Shown piece by piece: positions 17,301 through 18,172 of a stretch of DNA of 18,172 nt. Origin of the DNA: Chlamydiota bacterium. Its GTDB lineage: Bacteria > Auribacterota > Tritonobacteria > UBA1439. Below the pieces are notes generated by a model. That model did not search any database and had not been told where the DNA came from. It worked only from the letters and a program-made list of their open reading frames with translations. The translations under genes and the position numbers were made by a program. Positions within the stretch are counted from its first letter, which is position 1; each line of letters starts with the position of its first letter. The stretch is taken from positions 1 to 18,172 of the forward strand of contig JBAXOY010000060.1 of the NCBI GenBank assembly GCA_037133055.1. Direction: 5' to 3'.

Positions 17301-17574
17301 CTGTCACTGCATATTCATCGCTTGCGGTCTTGAGTCTTCCAGTAGCCTCTTCTGAAATTCGTATACCGTCCGCTATGATAAATTGGAAGATGGCCTGGGT
17401 CTGGCTCCTCTTCTCGATCAGTTTTCCCGCGAGAACTTCGTAATTCTGTGAGCCGCCGTCCTTTTCCAGGGCGACAAGCTCGGCACGAACACCCTCGGCG
17501 AACCATGCTGCGAGTGTATTCGCGTCCGTAGGTGGATGATCCGTACTCAGGTTAGCTGCCATCTTTGCTCCCAT
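14395..17574 (-). CDS. SF1 (Upf1/DNA2-like, AAA_11/AAA_12) helicase with coiled-coil insertion, PLD-family nuclease domain and C-terminal Cys-rich zinc ribbons
   Basis: WGPPGTGKT, VIVDEISM, VGDFLQLPP, QRRM, VTPFAAQ, TVHTFQGGE, NVAVTRAK; HGKDVIID (HxKx4D) plus TGSMNW; CPLQDC, CTNPDC, CPKHPRDC; alternative start 17562. Confidence 0.93.
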   Translation of the reverse strand: MGAKMAANLSTDHPPTDANTLAAWFAEGVRAELVALEKDGGSQNYEVLAGKLIEKRSQTQAIFQFIIADGIRISEEATGRLKTASDEYAVTVIGQQADRIDLCVKGTAPLSPGIHRAMLIIDDTALLRKLALVLDETAQKPTLVSPLAIVAFHPAKANVGFATLQATSTLVKFNGQPRRVAEQACGSTLTYIWGPPGTGKTYTIAHLVTALVEAGERVLVSSHTRAAVDQALYEAVKCEKDKEGPLAGHSAVHDGKVLRIGMTADKKIPPSVRLDAVVETKGRKLVDTILDLERKAKPLADRRSQCLAVISEWDRLSELSNRLQEVRVLIELQEAKRKEAEVAITSCKFLLQQRRAELERAQRAWFRRAAKTARALQALQDSEAQLQRAEMALGLSAQEIAKAQRLTSEIEVALIHQQTVCAKCPARQMIEQELSQLALELETLEQKIRALQDEISQLEQKVITEARAIFCTLTKSYVGKQLEGQSFDAVIVDEISMALPPLIFLAAGRATRRVILVGDFLQLPPIVRGDTPLGNARLGTDTYHLAGVAKDLKPNPDYRHVLPQLRTQRRMRTEIADVARHLVYTAVGGLDDSPERPKGKSPDWLEFLPENPLIIVDTADLHCWSGKQPGSLSRFNFCSATVAVEIAAMAAAKLQKPPDGSPQPIGIVTPFAAQRRLLTKLIADLDLHDWVAAGTVHTFQGGEADLIIFDSVLDEPYYAARLCNPRDACDVKRDLNVAVTRAKNKFIFIGSSEWLNKHAKPVSGLGQMWQFLTNQADLISALELVKLERFRRVFDQYIPETGWNVPRGDTGYTFEHLDETSFFERFTKDLNAASDTIFGLAPYFGEYRWPRIQPIIRAALARGVKVTLVTPPLSEAENRSYVEKVIKNLRELGAVVVSASGVHGKDVIIDEQVIYTGSMNWSSNRGRSEEVHRIHAPQYAKLCLQLMQAKHIRQAAIHEDGTPRICPLQDCGWPVQVVNQRQQHGTWDFQAMKVGCTNPDCEGYLRNIDERPPFKSAPVCKVDGRTKYRHVRRGRGEVWQCPKHPRDCPGEKVVPGDPA

Positions 17575-17618
17575 TACCCAATCGGGAATCAGAGCCCGAG
17601 TGTCTCAGAAGAACGCTT

Positions 17619-17846
17619 CTAGTCACATTCGTACCGCTTTTTGACGCCGGTTTCGACCGTGTCCACCAGTTGGAACGGCAATTCGATGCGCGGGTAGTGT
17701 TGTTCGAAGCGCCGTTCATGGTCGTAGCCCAGAGGTTCCTCCGCCACCGGCACATGCCCGAACCGCGCCGGGATTTTGAAGAATGCCTTCTGCTCGGGCA
17801 ATTGAATTTGCCCCTGCGACAGATTGTTCCGTGATGCCGTGCTCAT
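17619..17846 (-). pseudogene. N-terminal stub of a site-specific DNA methyltransferase (Mod-like)
   Basis: 75-aa ORF with AAGGGG SD; GHVPV..EPLGYD...YPRIELPFQLVDTV resembles the leader preceding the GDNL/DPPF core in one Mod family, but the core is absent. Confidence 0.55.
17639..17651. repeat. Direct repeat at the upstream boundary of the helicase cassette
   Basis: TTTTGACGCCGGT(TTCG); 12/13 identical to 14300-14312. Confidence 0.6.
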
Positions 17847-17967
17847 TCGGTTTCCCCTTTTGGGTTCACATCATTCTCTATGTCAGATGTGAGAATTGCA
17901 GGAAGATTATAGTGCACTATGCTGCGGGTTACTTCTCGTTTCGTAAGGGGGTACTTACAGTGGATGC

Positions 17968-18014
17968 TTTCACCCCCCACCCCAACCCTCCCCCTCAAGG
18001 GGGGAGGGGAAAAA
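17968..18014. repeat. G/C-tract REP-like element, copy 3 (inverted relative to copies 1 and 2)
   Basis: TTTCACCCCCCACCCCAACCCTCCCCCTCAAGGGGGGAGGGGAAAA. Confidence 0.8.
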
Positions 18015-18040
18015 GGGTATGAGCCACCTATAAGTAAGAG

Positions 18041-18139
18041 ATGGGGTTTGGCCATCTCCTCGACGAGGATTCGTTGATCCAGCTTGCGCCTGTTTTCTTT
18101 GCCCATCCACGTCAGCTCTAGCCTTTGTTTATTACTCAT
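18041..18139 (-). pseudogene. N-terminal stub of a type III R-M Mod methyltransferase
   Basis: MSNKQRLELTWMGKENRRKLDQRILVEE matches the widespread KLELTWIGKE.RPKLEPRILLED Mod N-terminus; the ORF then runs into the REP element with no catalytic motifs. Confidence 0.75.
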
Positions 18140-18172
18140 CGTTCCATTTCGATGCGTGACAAAGGACGGTCA

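Noticed and set aside
17843..18139. 98-aa ORF as an intact gene
   Set aside because: Only the first ~33 residues look like Mod; the rest is read-through of a REP element and intergenic DNA
12799..18139. Functional type III R-M system, IS element or integron
   Set aside because: No methyltransferase catalytic motifs (DPPY/F, FxGxG), no full Res, no transposase or integrase, and no convincing attC sites
14064..18139. Joining the 18139 Mod N-stub with the 14064 C-stub as one gene
   Set aside because: As I recall, the LELTWIGKE family has a different C-terminus; the 17846 stub fits better and shares the in-frame repeat

Overview
Bacterial window with two parts. Positions 1-12.8 kb are high-GC housekeeping DNA. 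The + strand carries a lipoprotein/TPR gene pair. The - strand carries fumarate/tartrate hydro-lyase beta subunit, lemA, a four-helix-bundle gene, htpX, a cupin, a class I/II aminotransferase, an unannotated 42-aa ORF, tRNA-Arg(CCG), rph, rdgB, a site-2 protease and an adenosine deaminase. Nearly every intergenic gap holds short-period (7/8/9-nt) tandem or inverted repeats or REP-like palindromes, including a ~345-bp nested palindrome and an inverted-heptamer-flanked cassette between lemA and htpX. Positions 12.8-18.2 kb are a lower-GC, defence-like accessory region, all on the - strand. It contains an intact SF1 helicase-PLD-zinc-ribbon gene and a pRiA4b ORF-3 gene, surrounded by short gene-end stubs (two different methyltransferase N-termini, one methyltransferase C-terminus, a Fic gene reduced to its two ends, and a probable Res N-terminus). 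The most striking observation is that the helicase cassette lies between the N- and C-terminal stubs of what looks like one methyltransferase and is bounded by in-frame 13-bp imperfect direct repeats. Family assignments of the stubs rest on my recognition of motifs, not on a database search.
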